A stretch of DNA of 64,000 nucleotides, from positions 35,905 through 99,904 of the IMG/VR virus record IMGVR_UViG_3300050120_000121, one strand, 5' to 3'. A program made the position numbers and the translations under genes. Below are positions 29,988 through 41,247 of this stretch, piece by piece. The DNA is from a virus. The number at the start of each line of letters is the position of its first letter. Within the stretch, counting starts at the first letter, position 1. The notes below the pieces were generated by a model. That model searched no databases. It worked only from the letters and a program-made list of their open reading frames with translations, and was not told the DNA's origin.

Positions 29988-30128
29988 GCAATACCGTTCT
30001 CGTGATCTGTCACGAGAACGGTATCCAAGCGACAGAAGCAGAACTGACAGAAGTCATCTATCGCGTTAAATCGGCACTGAAGCAAATCTGCTGTCGTGAT
30101 CTCTTGTGGTAGCCAAAAAGGATACTGA

Positions 30129-31169
30129 ATGACAACTGTAAGCGTGAAAAGCACCGGAGCGATTGGTGATGGCGTAACAGACGATACAAGGTCAATCCAA
30201 ATTGCCATCGACTCAGGTGATACAATCCTATTTCCAGACGCTCCGAAGTTCTATCGAATCACAAAAAGCCTGCTGATCGGCGGGACAAATCAAGTCGGCG
30301 GGAAGCGATTGATCGGCGAACGAAACTGCCGTGGCGGATTCGGTATTCCATTGATCCAGGGGAGCGGAGGTTTCCCGTTGTTTCTGATGAATGGGACATC
30401 ACTTCAAAATCGCAGTATCCTGCTGTTCAATCTGTCGGCGTCTCAAGTCGCGAACTCGGTATTGTCGGCAAACTTTGCGGCGAACCTGTTTGTCGATGAA
30501 TGCTTTTTTCAGACGACTTCCAACAAACTCGCCACGGTTTCGGTCAGCAACAGTTCGGGTGTGACAATCCGCGAATCAACCATCCTTTGCAGTGGGGACA
30601 TTCCTACTCAACAGGGGGGATGGGCGTTGACGGCATACGGGCAATGCAACGTCTTGCGAATCATGAACAACCAATTCGCGGGCGGTTCGCTAGGCGGTGC
30701 GGTTCACATCGAGCAATCGGAAACATTGCTGTATCAGGGGAATCGAACGGAACTCGGGGTTTATGGCTTGGTTGTCGGTTCCGGAGTCAACTTGCTCAAT
30801 CCGACCGCTGGCAACGTGACAGGAGCGGGACCATCCAACGGCGTGACGATTCAAAGTAACTATTTCGAAAACATCGAGCATTCCCTTGTCATCGCATCGG
30901 CAAACAATCTGCCAAATGCGGGAATCGGCCAAGCAATCTTCGGACTTTTGATCCAAGGGAACATGATTGGCGTTAAGGATGTTGACAATCCGTTGATTGT
31001 CTATGGGCGAGTCGGATCAGGGGTGATCTGGTGCAATAGCTTGTGGCGAAAAGCGGGCGGAACTGCGGTTGCGATTCGCTCGACGTTTCCGGCGAATGCC
31101 CAATATCCCGTCCCGTTACTCGCTCCAAATAGTGTCAGTAATGGCAGCGGAGCGATGACGGGACCGTGA
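30129..31169 (+). CDS. Pectate-lyase-3-like beta-helix protein
   Basis: SVKSTGAIGDGVTDDT.SIQ.AI...TILFP...YRIT..L start and IxxNxF repeats. Confidence 0.82.
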   Translation: MTTVSVKSTGAIGDGVTDDTRSIQIAIDSGDTILFPDAPKFYRITKSLLIGGTNQVGGKRLIGERNCRGGFGIPLIQGSGGFPLFLMNGTSLQNRSILLFNLSASQVANSVLSANFAANLFVDECFFQTTSNKLATVSVSNSSGVTIRESTILCSGDIPTQQGGWALTAYGQCNVLRIMNNQFAGGSLGGAVHIEQSETLLYQGNRTELGVYGLVVGSGVNLLNPTAGNVTGAGPSNGVTIQSNYFENIEHSLVIASANNLPNAGIGQAIFGLLIQGNMIGVKDVDNPLIVYGRVGSGVIWCNSLWRKAGGTAVAIRSTFPANAQYPVPLLAPNSVSNGSGAMTGP

Positions 31170-31197
31170 AAAGAATTTTTGAGCTGAAAGGGAGACG

Positions 31198-33845
31198 ATG
31201 GTTAGTCAGTTCGATTTAGGGATGATTTGCGCGGCAGGAATCGTGTTCCATAGTTTCGGCGATGACGTTGAGGCATTCGAAATTCTGAAGGCGACCCATG
31301 CCGACAAAATCGACCCGATGGAAGTCGACGAATTCGACCGGGATGTATTGCTGTCGTATCGGGACTATGTGAAAGAACAGGCTGCCTACTGGCGGCTTCG
31401 AAATCGCCAGATACGAAAAAACGCAAAGCTGAGTGTCAGCAATGGAACAGGACCGACTGTTGGTCCGTGAAAGGAATGTCGATGTCAAAAGAAACCAGAA
31501 CAGAAGTAATCGTGACTTGCGATCTGTGCAAGAGTCGATGCCCAAAAAAGGACAGCGATTATACGGAGATCCGCGTTTCTAGACACGACGAACATCCCAT
31601 CTCGCATGATCCGGAAATTATTACCGCGCATGTGTGCAGCAAATGCAGCTCGGCACTTCTCCAAGCATGGAACGCCTACTGCCGGTGAAAGGAAATCCCA
31701 TGAGCCAAATCATCAGAGGATCGTTAGAAAAATGCGGTTGCGGCAAGATCGTTCGCTATCTGGTGGCAGACGGCAAAACAGCCTGCAACAAACAGATGCG
31801 ATGCCCGACGTATGATGAACTGAACGCGAGAATCGGCGATTTGTGCGGTCTGATTTTCATGATGAAGAGAAAACTCGACAGGGTCGATCGAGGATGCTGC
31901 CTCGCTTGCGGAAAGATGAGGAAGGGAAAATATGATCGAACGCCATTGGAAGACTGCTCCAATCCGCTCTGCCTAACCCACGAAATCAACAAGATGTGTC
32001 CTGAACTCCCAGTCATATCAGAAAGGAAATCCGATGAGTGAAACCAAAAACTTCAGCCGTCGAGACGTGCTGACCGTCACAACGATGCGACTCCTAACAA
32101 AGCCAAACAGCGATCGCGACAACGGAATTGATAATCTCTACAAATTGCTGAATTGGATGACGAATGACGAACTCTGCACGCATCAACTGCCGAGGGCCGG
32201 TAAGGAATGCCAGCCGTGGCTATTGCGATGGTTCCCCGAACTGAACTCGGTCGACGTGCCAGAGACGTTCACAAGCGGTGAGCATATCGAATCATGGCTG
32301 GAATCGCTGACCATTCCGGAATCGTTCGACGTTCCGAGAATTCCTCGTGATGGCCACGATGTAATAAATCCACTCGAAGAACTCGCTCAAATGGTCGGTC
32401 GAGAGAAGATTATCGTAGTTCAGTCCGGGGTGATACAGAGTGACCGGCAAACGACGATCAGCGGCAGAGATCCAGGAGGAACTCGACGCAGTTAAACAAC
32501 GATCGGGAGATTTGGAAGTCGCAATTCGCAAGACAGAAGAATCCCTCAAGGCCATGAATGATGAACGCGACAAGTTGACAGATGGGGCATGGAGGCCCAT
32601 TCGACGGGAGAATCTGCCGCCTAACGATGGATCTGGCTGAAGCGAAACGATTGGAGCATGACGAGATTGCAATTCGTATTCAGTGGGAATCTGGCAAGAG
32701 TCCATATTTCTCGCCGGGGAAGTACTATGTTCTGGAAAAGGTGACTGCCAAACAGATCTCAATTCGCTTGAGCGGACATTCTCGCTCGGACAGGTACAAC
32801 CTTGATGGATCTTCGGTTTCTCGTCATGGGCACGAGCGAATCGACATCCGCAAAACATTTGGGATCGACTCTGATTCCGTACCGCCAAACTGGAAACCGG
32901 AGTCCAAATGAAAAAGAAATCATCGAAACCACGAAAGCAGCACAAGCCCACAACCGTAGCGGAAGAGTGTGCAGCGTATCGTGATGGACTCAGTGAATTC
33001 GTCTGCGAGCTTGAACCGTATATCAAATTGTGCCCAGAACTCCGGCGGAAATTTGAGACGCAAGTGATGGCGAGCCGCATGAATCTCGTGATGCAAATCC
33101 ACCACGTGTACGGTAGGTCAACGTATGTCGCCGAACACGACTGGCATACGAGCCTTCTGCAAGCCTTCAAGGCATCGCATGACGTTGGGCACAGTCGCCC
33201 ACTCGTTTTGGAAATCTGCTCGTTGCGGGCGAAACTGAACCGTCACGAGAGATATCTGGATCTATTGGAAGTCGGCATCGTGAAGGAAATCACCGAACCG
33301 AGTCGACTGCATTGGAACGTTCCGGCATTGGACAAGATCTGCGGATGTGTCAGTTTACGTGGCCGAATTGAAGGCATCTTGATTCCCGCCGTGAAGGGGG
33401 AACCGTTTGAACGACTTTGCGACGAAATACTCGAAGGACTGAACAAGTGAGCGAAAAAACAATCAGCGTCAAAGTGGATTCGGTAGTTCATCGGGTGTTC
33501 AGCGATCTGGCGGAAACATCGAAATTGACGGTCGCGAAATGGTTGGAGATGTTAGGCCGGCAACAGGTCTCACCATTGAAAACGCTTCCCGACTTCGAGC
33601 CCGTCACAAAACGCAAAACAGGACTGAATCCCGCACAAGGGGAGATCCCGACTCAGATCGTCGAACTGTTCAAGTCACGACGCAAAATGGCGTTCACGGA
33701 GATTGTGGACACGTTGGAGTCGATCAAAAGCGAAGGCGTGCATCGTCGGAACATCAGAAATGCGATTCTCAGACTGTCGAAAAACGGTACACTGTCAATG
33801 GATGACGGACGGATCGTGTCACTAGCCAAACGGAAAAAATCATGA
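31198..33845 (+). other. Run of small coupled hypothetical phage ORFs (31198-31470, 31467-31688, about 31700-32041, 32034-32495, about 32627-32911, 32908-33450, 33447-33845)
   Basis: GTGA/ATGA overlaps; several CxxC motifs; 33447-33845 looks like RHH plus winged helix. Confidence 0.65.
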
Positions 33846-34542
33846 CGGCGAAAAGCATGGATGCGACAGCAGTCCAATTCAAGGCATTCATTCACAATGA
33901 CGCATACAAGGTCGGTGACGACGGGTCATTGTGGAGACGTGCCAGAAGCTCAAATCGGGACCAGCCGAATGGAACGATTCAACCTGACGACCCGGATGCA
34001 GGTTCGCCGGTTCACGAGACTGACGAACGCTCACAGCAAAATCACCCGCAATCATGACGCGATGCTCGGGCTGTATTTCGCTTGGTACAATTCGTAGGAG
34101 CAGATGTGATCGTGATGTTTGAACTTGCCCTACAGGGCGACCACTTAAAAGTGGTCGAGGAGAAGCACTACCGTTTGGTCGGTTCGGGTGAGATCACATC
34201 TGAAGATTTGAAAGCAATGGCGGAGATGTCTGACTGACTACACATTTCCATCAACACAAAGTCGACCCAGTACCAGAATCCGGCCCGAGCCTTTTGAAAG
34301 GGAAACTCTTGCACTTCACAACACATCGACCAGACGGCACAGCACGGCGGGCAAAAATCAACGGGGATGATGCTCGCGAGATTGTGCGGCTGTTTGGCGA
34401 AGGGATTGGCAAACACGAATTGGCGGCACAATTTGGCGTGTCATATTCCACGATCAACGCGATTATCGGCGGTCGAATTTGGAACCGCGAAACAGTGGAT
34501 CAGCGGCGACAATTGAACTCATTGAAAGGGAAGACATGCTGA
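33842..34542 (+). pseudogene. Disrupted NUMOD4/HTH endonuclease-like gene
   Basis: N-terminal YKVGDDGSLW (NUMOD4-like) and C-terminal AKI...AREI...G....LAAQFGVS.STI..II.G..W separated by an IS relic. Confidence 0.55.
33930..34274 (+). mobile_element. IS1-family relic with passenger-gene fragment
   Basis: IGTSRMERFNLTTRMQVRRFTRLTNAHSK...LYFAWYN matches IS1-type transposase C-terminus; ends GTCGACCCAGTACC (reverse complement begins GGT). Confidence 0.72.
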
Positions 34543-35291
34543 TTAAAGACACCGTATTCGGAATTATCGACTTGGAGACAACGGGGCTTCTCGCGGAAAC
34601 TGATCGCGTCGTCGAAGCGGCGATTGTCTGGTGTGAACCTCGCGGGATCTATGCCAATCACACTTTGCTCTACGATCCGGGAATTCCAATTCCACCAGCG
34701 GCGTCCGCGATTCATCACATTACCGATGATGACGTGGAAGGATTGCCGAAGTTCAGCAGTGAGATATTCTTCGGCGACGAAGAAAACAGCGACGTTGACT
34801 TCTACGCCGCTCACAATGCCGAATTCGACGGAGCGTTCCTGAAGCCAGTTCCGAAGCCACTGGTATGCACGATGCGACTCGCACAGAAGCTCTATCCCGA
34901 GTTTGAGTCTCATTCCAATCAGTTTTTGAGATACCGACTTGGATTGAAGCCGCCGATTGATCGACACGCCGCATGCCATCGCGCATTGCCTGACGCTCTC
35001 GTGACGGCAACTTTGCTGATTCACGAACTGAATGAAGTTCTAACATCGGTCGACATCGACGTTCGCGAATCGGTCCCAAACAACACTGTCGAAGAATTGG
35101 TTGCGTGGATCGAACGGCCGATGATTTTGCACAGAATCCGATTTGGAAAGCATGGACCGAAAGATGGCAAACCCGGAATGTTGTGGTCAGAAGTTCCGAA
35201 AGACTATCTGCGGTGGATGGTTGGAAATATGGCCGACGCTGACCGAGACACGATGTTTACCGCTCGTCATTATTTGGGGATTGGGAAATGA
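34536..35291 (+). CDS. DnaQ/ExoX-like 3'-5' exonuclease with C-terminal FGKH (DUF3820-like) domain
   Basis: IDLETTG, AHNAEFD, CTMRLA, HRALPD, FGKH...VP.DYL.W. Confidence 0.9.
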   Translation: MLIKDTVFGIIDLETTGLLAETDRVVEAAIVWCEPRGIYANHTLLYDPGIPIPPAASAIHHITDDDVEGLPKFSSEIFFGDEENSDVDFYAAHNAEFDGAFLKPVPKPLVCTMRLAQKLYPEFESHSNQFLRYRLGLKPPIDRHAACHRALPDALVTATLLIHELNEVLTSVDIDVRESVPNNTVEELVAWIERPMILHRIRFGKHGPKDGKPGMLWSEVPKDYLRWMVGNMADADRDTMFTARHYLGIGK

Positions 35292-35578
35292 TTTTCTTTC
35301 GGCACAATCCGCCAGCAGGTTCACCGGCAAGCCACTGCGAACATTGGTCGGCTGATACGTCGGACGGACTTCATCTGATTGCTCTAGTGAGCATTGAGCA
35401 ACCTGGAGACGTGTTGCATGTCAGTCTGTCGGTTCAAAGCGAGACGTCGCCGTTTGTTCGCAAGCCAAGTTGGCGAGAACGATTGACGGCGGTTCAAAAA
35501 TGGTTCCCGAGACTCAGCGTTGAAACACTATGGGGCGAGACTCAGCCGAACGTGTTTCATATTCTGGAGAAGAAATAA
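35288..35578 (+). CDS. Hypothetical protein
   Basis: Coupled ORF; LHVSLS...R.PSW.E...PN.FHI motif. Confidence 0.6.
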   Translation: MIFFRHNPPAGSPASHCEHWSADTSDGLHLIALVSIEQPGDVLHVSLSVQSETSPFVRKPSWRERLTAVQKWFPRLSVETLWGETQPNVFHILEKK

Positions 35579-35946
35579 TGGACACGGAACGCTTACAACG
35601 GCGAGTCGACGGCCGAACTCAAGCGAAAGCGATTTTCGACCTGTTGACGCTCGATCATCCCGACAAGATCGCAGCGTTTTTCGACGAACTCGATTCGCGA
35701 TTTCGACCGAAAACCGAAGTTGCGAAACAGATTGAACGTCGCAAGATTCGCGAACTGTCGGTCATCACAATTGACTTTGGGGCACATTCTGGCAAACAGA
35801 TGGACGAAATCCCACGGGAATACCTTTCGTGGCTTCTGGAGTCATCTGAGCAGACTTGCAGCGATATCCGCGAATATCTGGAAGCGACTGCCGAACGTGG
35901 CTCACCAGACGACGTAGGCGACTTTGAGATCGAGGACACGGAATGA
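35578..35946 (+). CDS. DUF3820-like protein
   Basis: FGAHSGK.M.EIP.EYL.WL. Confidence 0.7.
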   Translation: MDTERLQRRVDGRTQAKAIFDLLTLDHPDKIAAFFDELDSRFRPKTEVAKQIERRKIRELSVITIDFGAHSGKQMDEIPREYLSWLLESSEQTCSDIREYLEATAERGSPDDVGDFEIEDTE

Positions 35947-36284
35947 CTGAATTCGAACAAGCGAAACTTATTGCCGAAAAGATTCTGGACGAACCGAACG
36001 CCGATCCTGACCGAGATGAAGCCATTATCGCCCGTCAGTTCAATCGGCTGGTCGAGCGAATCGAGAAGCGGAAGCCGATGAATCCACTGGAAACCGCAAC
36101 CGGATGGTACACGGAGGAAGAGATTTTCACGTTCATCAATCGAAAACCAAGCGTATTCGACGACTCACGTCAGAAGGTGCCGACAGACGTCCGAAGCATC
36201 GAATTCGCCGCATGGATGGCAAACGAATACCGTCTCGCAATGGCCAAAGGAATCCAGATGGCGAACAACGCGAACTCCGGTTGA
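35943..36284 (+). CDS. Hypothetical protein
   Basis: ATGA-coupled ORF. Confidence 0.6.
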   Translation: MTEFEQAKLIAEKILDEPNADPDRDEAIIARQFNRLVERIEKRKPMNPLETATGWYTEEEIFTFINRKPSVFDDSRQKVPTDVRSIEFAAWMANEYRLAMAKGIQMANNANSG

Positions 36285-36452
36285 CGAACTGACCGACTCT
36301 CGGCAATAATCCCGACTCGCGACAGGTCATAGATGTTGCGAACGTCAGACAATTCAAAACGTGACGCGGTGATTAGTGCCCGTGTCCAAGAATCCATACG
36401 ATCCAGTATCCGCTTTTCCTTGCACTAATCAGGGGGAGGCGGATTCTTTTTT
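36281..36452 (+). promoter_or_regulatory. Promoter and attenuator-like leader upstream of replication genes
   Basis: TTGACG-18-AATAAT; hairpin 36408-36444 plus T tract; its loop GCACTAATCA is complementary to TGATTAGTGC (36370-36379). Confidence 0.6.
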
Positions 36453-36458
36453 GGATAC

Positions 36459-36725
36459 GTGATGACTGATATTTCCGATTTTCAGATCACTGCAAAAGGC
36501 GTCGCCGGATTCATTTTGATGAATGCGGTTCCTCAATCAGAGTTGACGTTTGACATGCTGAAAGACATCAATGCCGAACTTGAACAGATCGACACGGAAA
36601 ATCAGGAATATGATTCGGCCGTAAAAGACATCTGTGCAAGATGTTATTGCGGAATCATCGACTCCACGCGAGCCGCTGCCGAAGTCCGCGAATTGAACGA
36701 TTCGATGAGAACATCGAGAAACTAA
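36459..36725 (+). CDS. Hypothetical protein
   Basis: ORF between leader and initiator. Confidence 0.5.
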   Translation: MMTDISDFQITAKGVAGFILMNAVPQSELTFDMLKDINAELEQIDTENQEYDSAVKDICARCYCGIIDSTRAAAEVRELNDSMRTSRN

Positions 36726-36777
36726 GTCGTTTCATATTTCCAAGTTCAGACGATTACTTGAGACGGAGCCTGCGGAG

Positions 36778-37725
36778 ATGGGCGAAGATAGATCGTGGAT
36801 CAAAGCCTATCGCTCAATGATGGACAAGACCGCCATTTGGGACAGCGACTGCATGACTCGACTCTGGCTTCATTGCTGCTTTACGGCGAACTGGAAGGAC
36901 ACGGAATGGACAATTCCAGCGACGTATCAAAAGATCGTTGTGCCTCGCGGATCGTTCATCACTGGGCGTCAGGCTCTCCACGCAAAGCTGTACCGAGCGA
37001 AGGACGAAAACGGGTTTGTGATCCATCACGACTTCATTCCGAGTGAATCGACGCTGTGGCGCAGAATTCAGGCTTTGGAAAAAATGGGATGCCTGAAAAT
37101 CGAAAACGTGAACAACCGATGTTCGATGTTAACCGTTGTCAATTATGACACTTACCAAAACGTTGAACAGCCATTTGAACAAGCGACTGACGGCAGGTTG
37201 AACAAGCGAACGCTGGAGCGTGAACAACCGATCGACACATCAGAAGAATTTAAGAATTTAAGAATTGAAGAAAGAAAGAAAGAAAATGGCGTTTCGTTTT
37301 TGCAAAAAGATGTCCAGATTCAGGACCAAGTCGAGTACCAAAAACAAGCCGACAGACTCACGGGATTCTCTCCGATTGTTGGCCATCTGTGCCAAGGATT
37401 CATTCGAGCATATCCAAGAAAAATCAAACCCGCTCTCGTGCCGGACTCGTTCGATTCCGCAATCGTGATTCTGGTTCAGCGTGGAATGACGATTGGCGAA
37501 TCCGCGGCGTTTTTGGAATCTCAGGCCACAAAATACGCTGCAAGCCCGGCTGGAAGAGATTTTGACGGTTCCGTCGATGTTCGACCAGCCCCGTCGAAAT
37601 GGCTTGACGAAGGACGCTACGACGAAGATCCAAACGAGTGGCGAGTCCCGAATGGAAACGTCAGGCAACACGATGTCCATCAGAAGCCGCGAATTAAGCC
37701 GCTCCAGAAAAAGGAAACAGCATGA
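36778..37725 (+). CDS. Phage replication initiator
   Basis: WIK.YR, LW.H....ANW, RGSFITG, TVVNYD.YQ, YPRK, P..WL..GRY.D; precedes DnaB. Confidence 0.85.
   Translation: MGEDRSWIKAYRSMMDKTAIWDSDCMTRLWLHCCFTANWKDTEWTIPATYQKIVVPRGSFITGRQALHAKLYRAKDENGFVIHHDFIPSESTLWRRIQALEKMGCLKIENVNNRCSMLTVVNYDTYQNVEQPFEQATDGRLNKRTLEREQPIDTSEEFKNLRIEERKKENGVSFLQKDVQIQDQVEYQKQADRLTGFSPIVGHLCQGFIRAYPRKIKPALVPDSFDSAIVILVQRGMTIGESAAFLESQATKYAASPAGRDFDGSVDVRPAPSKWLDEGRYDEDPNEWRVPNGNVRQHDVHQKPRIKPLQKKETA
37108..37287 (+). repeat. Putative replication origin: iterons plus AT-rich tract
   Basis: Five TGAACA(A/G)(C/G)C(G/A) repeats near 37109, 37164, 37176, 37199, 37221 followed by AAGAATTTAAGAATTTAAGAATTGAAGAAAGAAAGAAAG. 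Confidence 0.75.
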
Positions 37726-39092
37726 GAGATCTCGAACAACTTCCACCGCAAAATCTCGAAGCCGAGCAAGCGGTTCTTGGTTGCCAGATTCTCGGAGGGA
37801 AGTTTGGTGCCAGCAAGCATCTCGATCAAATCAACCTCTTGCCAGAAGTTCTGTCCGTTGATGATTTCTACAGCGACGTTCATCAAGAAATTCAGCGGGC
37901 GATATGGCGATTGAAAGACAAGATCGGGGTCGTCGATGTGTTGCTGTTGGCCGACGAACTGGAATCCACCGGGAAATATGCAGAAGTTGGCGGGACCGAT
38001 TATCTAATGAAACTCATTGATAAATTGGAGGATTCGACTCATTCCCTCCATTATGCCGCGATGGTCACCAAATGCTCTCGTCGTCGGAAGTCGATTGATA
38101 TTGGCAATATGATGATTCGGAAGGCGTATGACCCCACGAGGAGCGATGAAGAGTTTATTTCAGAAGCCCACGAAGCCGCGATGAAAATGGCGGAAATGTT
38201 ACACGTCAAGAAATCTCATCCCCGATTCCTGTCGGAACACGTCAACGAACAAATCGACGGACTCGAACGGGGTGATCTTCCTGTTGTGTTCTATGGGATT
38301 AAAGAAATTGACGGATTAATGCGGGGCATGGCACCGGGAGAACTGATTGTCGTCGGAGCGAGGCCGAATCACGGGAAATCGGCATTGGCGTTGCAGTGGC
38401 TTGACGCAGCGGCGGCGAAGGGTGTTTCGAGCTTGATGATTTCAGAGGAAATGTCCGCTCAAAATATCGCGTCAAGAACACTGACATATGTGAGTGAACT
38501 TCCGTCGTCATCATGGAAAGAACAGATTGACAATCTTCGACTGGAAGCGACATCCCATTTTAGCCGTCGTGCTGGTGTTCTCATCGCGGAAAACTGCGGA
38601 ACGATTGCGGCGTGCGAACGAGCGATTGATCGGGCCGTCCAGTCTCATGGGATCAAGATCGTCGCCGTCGATTATGCTCAAATGATTGACGGTGACGGTG
38701 AAACAAAAGCTCAGCGGGTTGGTGACGTTTCGAAGCGACTAAAGAAAATGGCAACGAAACATGGAATCAATCCGATCTTGCTGGCTCAACTAAATCGAGG
38801 GGTCGAGACGCGAGATGATTTAACTCCGCGATCATCGGACCTGAAAGATTCCGGATCACTTGAAGAGGATGCGGATATCGTCTTACTCCCCTATGTTCCG
38901 GCAATGTTTGACGAGACGTATTCGGACAAAACTGAATATCGAATCATATGCACGAAAAACAGAAGCAGACCGGGACGGGGCGAAGTCATTCAGATGAAAA
39001 CGGACTTTGGTCGACAACGGATTGTGTCGGTTGATACGACTACTGGCGACGGACGGGTTTATGATCAGCGTGATGTCGATAGGTTCTTTTGA
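37722..39092 (+). CDS. dnaB: Replicative DNA helicase, DnaB family
   Basis: PPQNLEAEQAVLG, GARPNHGKS, SEEM, VDYAQ, LAQLNR, DLKDSGSLEEDAD. Confidence 0.95.
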   Translation: MRDLEQLPPQNLEAEQAVLGCQILGGKFGASKHLDQINLLPEVLSVDDFYSDVHQEIQRAIWRLKDKIGVVDVLLLADELESTGKYAEVGGTDYLMKLIDKLEDSTHSLHYAAMVTKCSRRRKSIDIGNMMIRKAYDPTRSDEEFISEAHEAAMKMAEMLHVKKSHPRFLSEHVNEQIDGLERGDLPVVFYGIKEIDGLMRGMAPGELIVVGARPNHGKSALALQWLDAAAAKGVSSLMISEEMSAQNIASRTLTYVSELPSSSWKEQIDNLRLEATSHFSRRAGVLIAENCGTIAACERAIDRAVQSHGIKIVAVDYAQMIDGDGETKAQRVGDVSKRLKKMATKHGINPILLAQLNRGVETRDDLTPRSSDLKDSGSLEEDADIVLLPYVPAMFDETYSDKTEYRIICTKNRSRPGRGEVIQMKTDFGRQRIVSVDTTTGDGRVYDQRDVDRFF

Positions 39093-39632
39093 CATGAACA
39101 ATTGTGGAACTATCAGGAAAATGGGTACTCGAATGGAGCGTGAAAGAAAAGTCGTTTCACATTCAGACTCTCAGTCAAGCAATCAATGCAAACATCAACA
39201 CAATGATAAACGGATATCCAGTCGACTATGCGATTGTCTTCATTGGAAATTCTCACGCAGAGGCTGGAACCGTACCAGCCGAAACACACTGACGACGGAT
39301 TTGCAGATCGGGCGTTCAAATAAGGGGACGATATGAAAGCAACATTTGACGGTGCGGAGTGGGAGTATTTCACTGGGAGAGTCGGATTCATAAAATTCAA
39401 GGGTGATGATCGCGAATACCTTTGTGTAGATCATCCGACGCAAGTCGATAAATCGTGGCAATCCGAATTTGGGCGATTCGAGTCCATCATAAGTTTGATT
39501 GCAGATCTGAATCTGCGAAGGCGTTATATGGCCGATGGTTCGACGGCAGCAATTATTGCGAACATCATCGACAGACTCGAATCACTCGAAAAACAAGCCG
39601 CGAACGATAATAAGTAGGATCGGAATCCGAAA

Positions 39633-39929
39633 ATGGCTCAGCGTGGTTCATCGCAGAAGCGGGTGATGAAGGACAAACTCTTTCACGGATACGCAACAGC
39701 GAAATGCTGCTTCTGTCGCAGAACACTGAGCAAGTCAACAGCGACGATCGAACACGTAACGCCATTGGCACACGGAGGCGGATGGCGTCTCGAAAATCTG
39801 AGGGTGAGTTGCTTTGACTGCAATAACGCACGAGGCGTTCAACCATTCGAAGAATTCAGGAAAAAGAAACGGGATGCGATCGCTGCAAAGGTCGCGAAGT
39901 CACAACAACAAATGAAAGAAAATCAATGA
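39633..39929 (+). CDS. HNH endonuclease
   Basis: CCFC...ATIEHVTPL.HGG....NL..SC.DCN..RG. Confidence 0.85.
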   Translation: MAQRGSSQKRVMKDKLFHGYATAKCCFCRRTLSKSTATIEHVTPLAHGGGWRLENLRVSCFDCNNARGVQPFEEFRKKKRDAIAAKVAKSQQQMKENQ

Positions 39930-40672
39930 GCAAACCGACAATCGAAAAGACGAAGCCAGCACAACCGAAAACCAAAGCCCAGCGGACATTCAAGGATGAT
40001 GTCGACCAACTGGCGAAATCACGGGAGATCGCGTTGACGGCGGTCCTGTCGCTGTTTTCATCGGCGACGAAATCTGACGCAGAATTCAAGACAGCGGATT
40101 CAAAGCTGAATTCGTACATCCAACGTAAGCGAACATTTGCGATTCAATGGACTGCGGATGGCACGCGGCGGGAAAACATTGAGCGGGCGAGAAAGCTGGT
40201 TTATTTCGTTCGCACCCGGATCGAATCAGAGCGGTTTGTCGGCGAAATCTTTCGTAGGACAGATGACGGCGAAACAATCCTTTTGACACTGAGCGGACAT
40301 GAGACGGCGAAGGCAGCAAAACAGGCTTGTTACGAATGGGCAGCGGCCGAATCAGTGGAAGTCATCAGATCGTATCGGCGGTTTTACGAAGGGGAATTAA
40401 CCTACGAAACCGAGATGGAGAAACTCGCGGCGATGCGAATGGTTGCGACTGAGGCGAATCACAAACTTGTGATGCTCGGCCGGAAAAAGGGTGTGACGGC
40501 GGAAGAGTTCGAGTCGACGGTATTCGAAGCCTGGATCTCGATCAGTCGCTACCTGATGCGGCAGATGTTGTGCAAGTCTCAGTGGACAGCAGACGGAAAA
40601 TGGACGGGACCGAAAAAGAAAGTCAAGAAAACTGTTGATCCGATTGATGGTGAGATTCGTTCAGATGTTTGA
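39926..40672 (+). CDS. Hypothetical protein
   Basis: 248-aa coupled ORF. Confidence 0.6.
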   Translation: MSKPTIEKTKPAQPKTKAQRTFKDDVDQLAKSREIALTAVLSLFSSATKSDAEFKTADSKLNSYIQRKRTFAIQWTADGTRRENIERARKLVYFVRTRIESERFVGEIFRRTDDGETILLTLSGHETAKAAKQACYEWAAAESVEVIRSYRRFYEGELTYETEMEKLAAMRMVATEANHKLVMLGRKKGVTAEEFESTVFEAWISISRYLMRQMLCKSQWTADGKWTGPKKKVKKTVDPIDGEIRSDV

Positions 40673-40915
40673 ACGGTAGCAACAAGGTCTAGTGGAGGCT
40701 AAAGACCTGTTGCGAGACTGCCAACTGACCGATGAATGTTGGGATGAAGTTTTGGAAGCGTTGCTCGAAGCCCAATGGGTCGATGAGGCGGTTCCGTTGC
40801 TGAACGAGCAAATCAAAATCTGCGAAGCGGCAATGATCGCGGATGAAGCGAACGCGAGCCTGTTGGCGAAAGGGTTTTGCCGAAGTTTGTGTCACGGATG
40901 GAAACGGGGTGAATT

Positions 40916-41030
40916 GTGCTCGTGATTTCTCGAAAGACGAACGAAGCGTTTTTGATTGGCGAAAATATCGTCGTGCGAATCTTGGAGGTAAAAAACGGCA
41001 AGTGTCGTATCGGCATTGAGGCACCAAGCG
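40916..41030 (+). pseudogene. csrA: csrA 5' part, interrupted by transposon
   Basis: MLVISRKTNEAFLIGENIVVRILEVKNGKCRIGIEAPS. Confidence 0.92.
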
Positions 41031-41247
41031 GGCTTTGCCCCATAAGTCCGTCCCGCCGTCGACTTACGGAACAGCGACAGAAGTTATGGAACATCTCTAG
41101 ATCTTGGGTAATTCGCGGTCGGGACACAAGGAGTTGATTCGCCCGCATGCATCAAACATCGCTTTTGCCAATTCGTAAGATTCGTCGGAAGTCGGCAGCG
41201 GGCCGCATTCGCAAGACATGATGAATGATGCTCCAGTCACATCGCAT

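Noticed and set aside
41031-41137. C-terminus of a long CsrA variant
   Set aside because: Read-through into transposon sequence.
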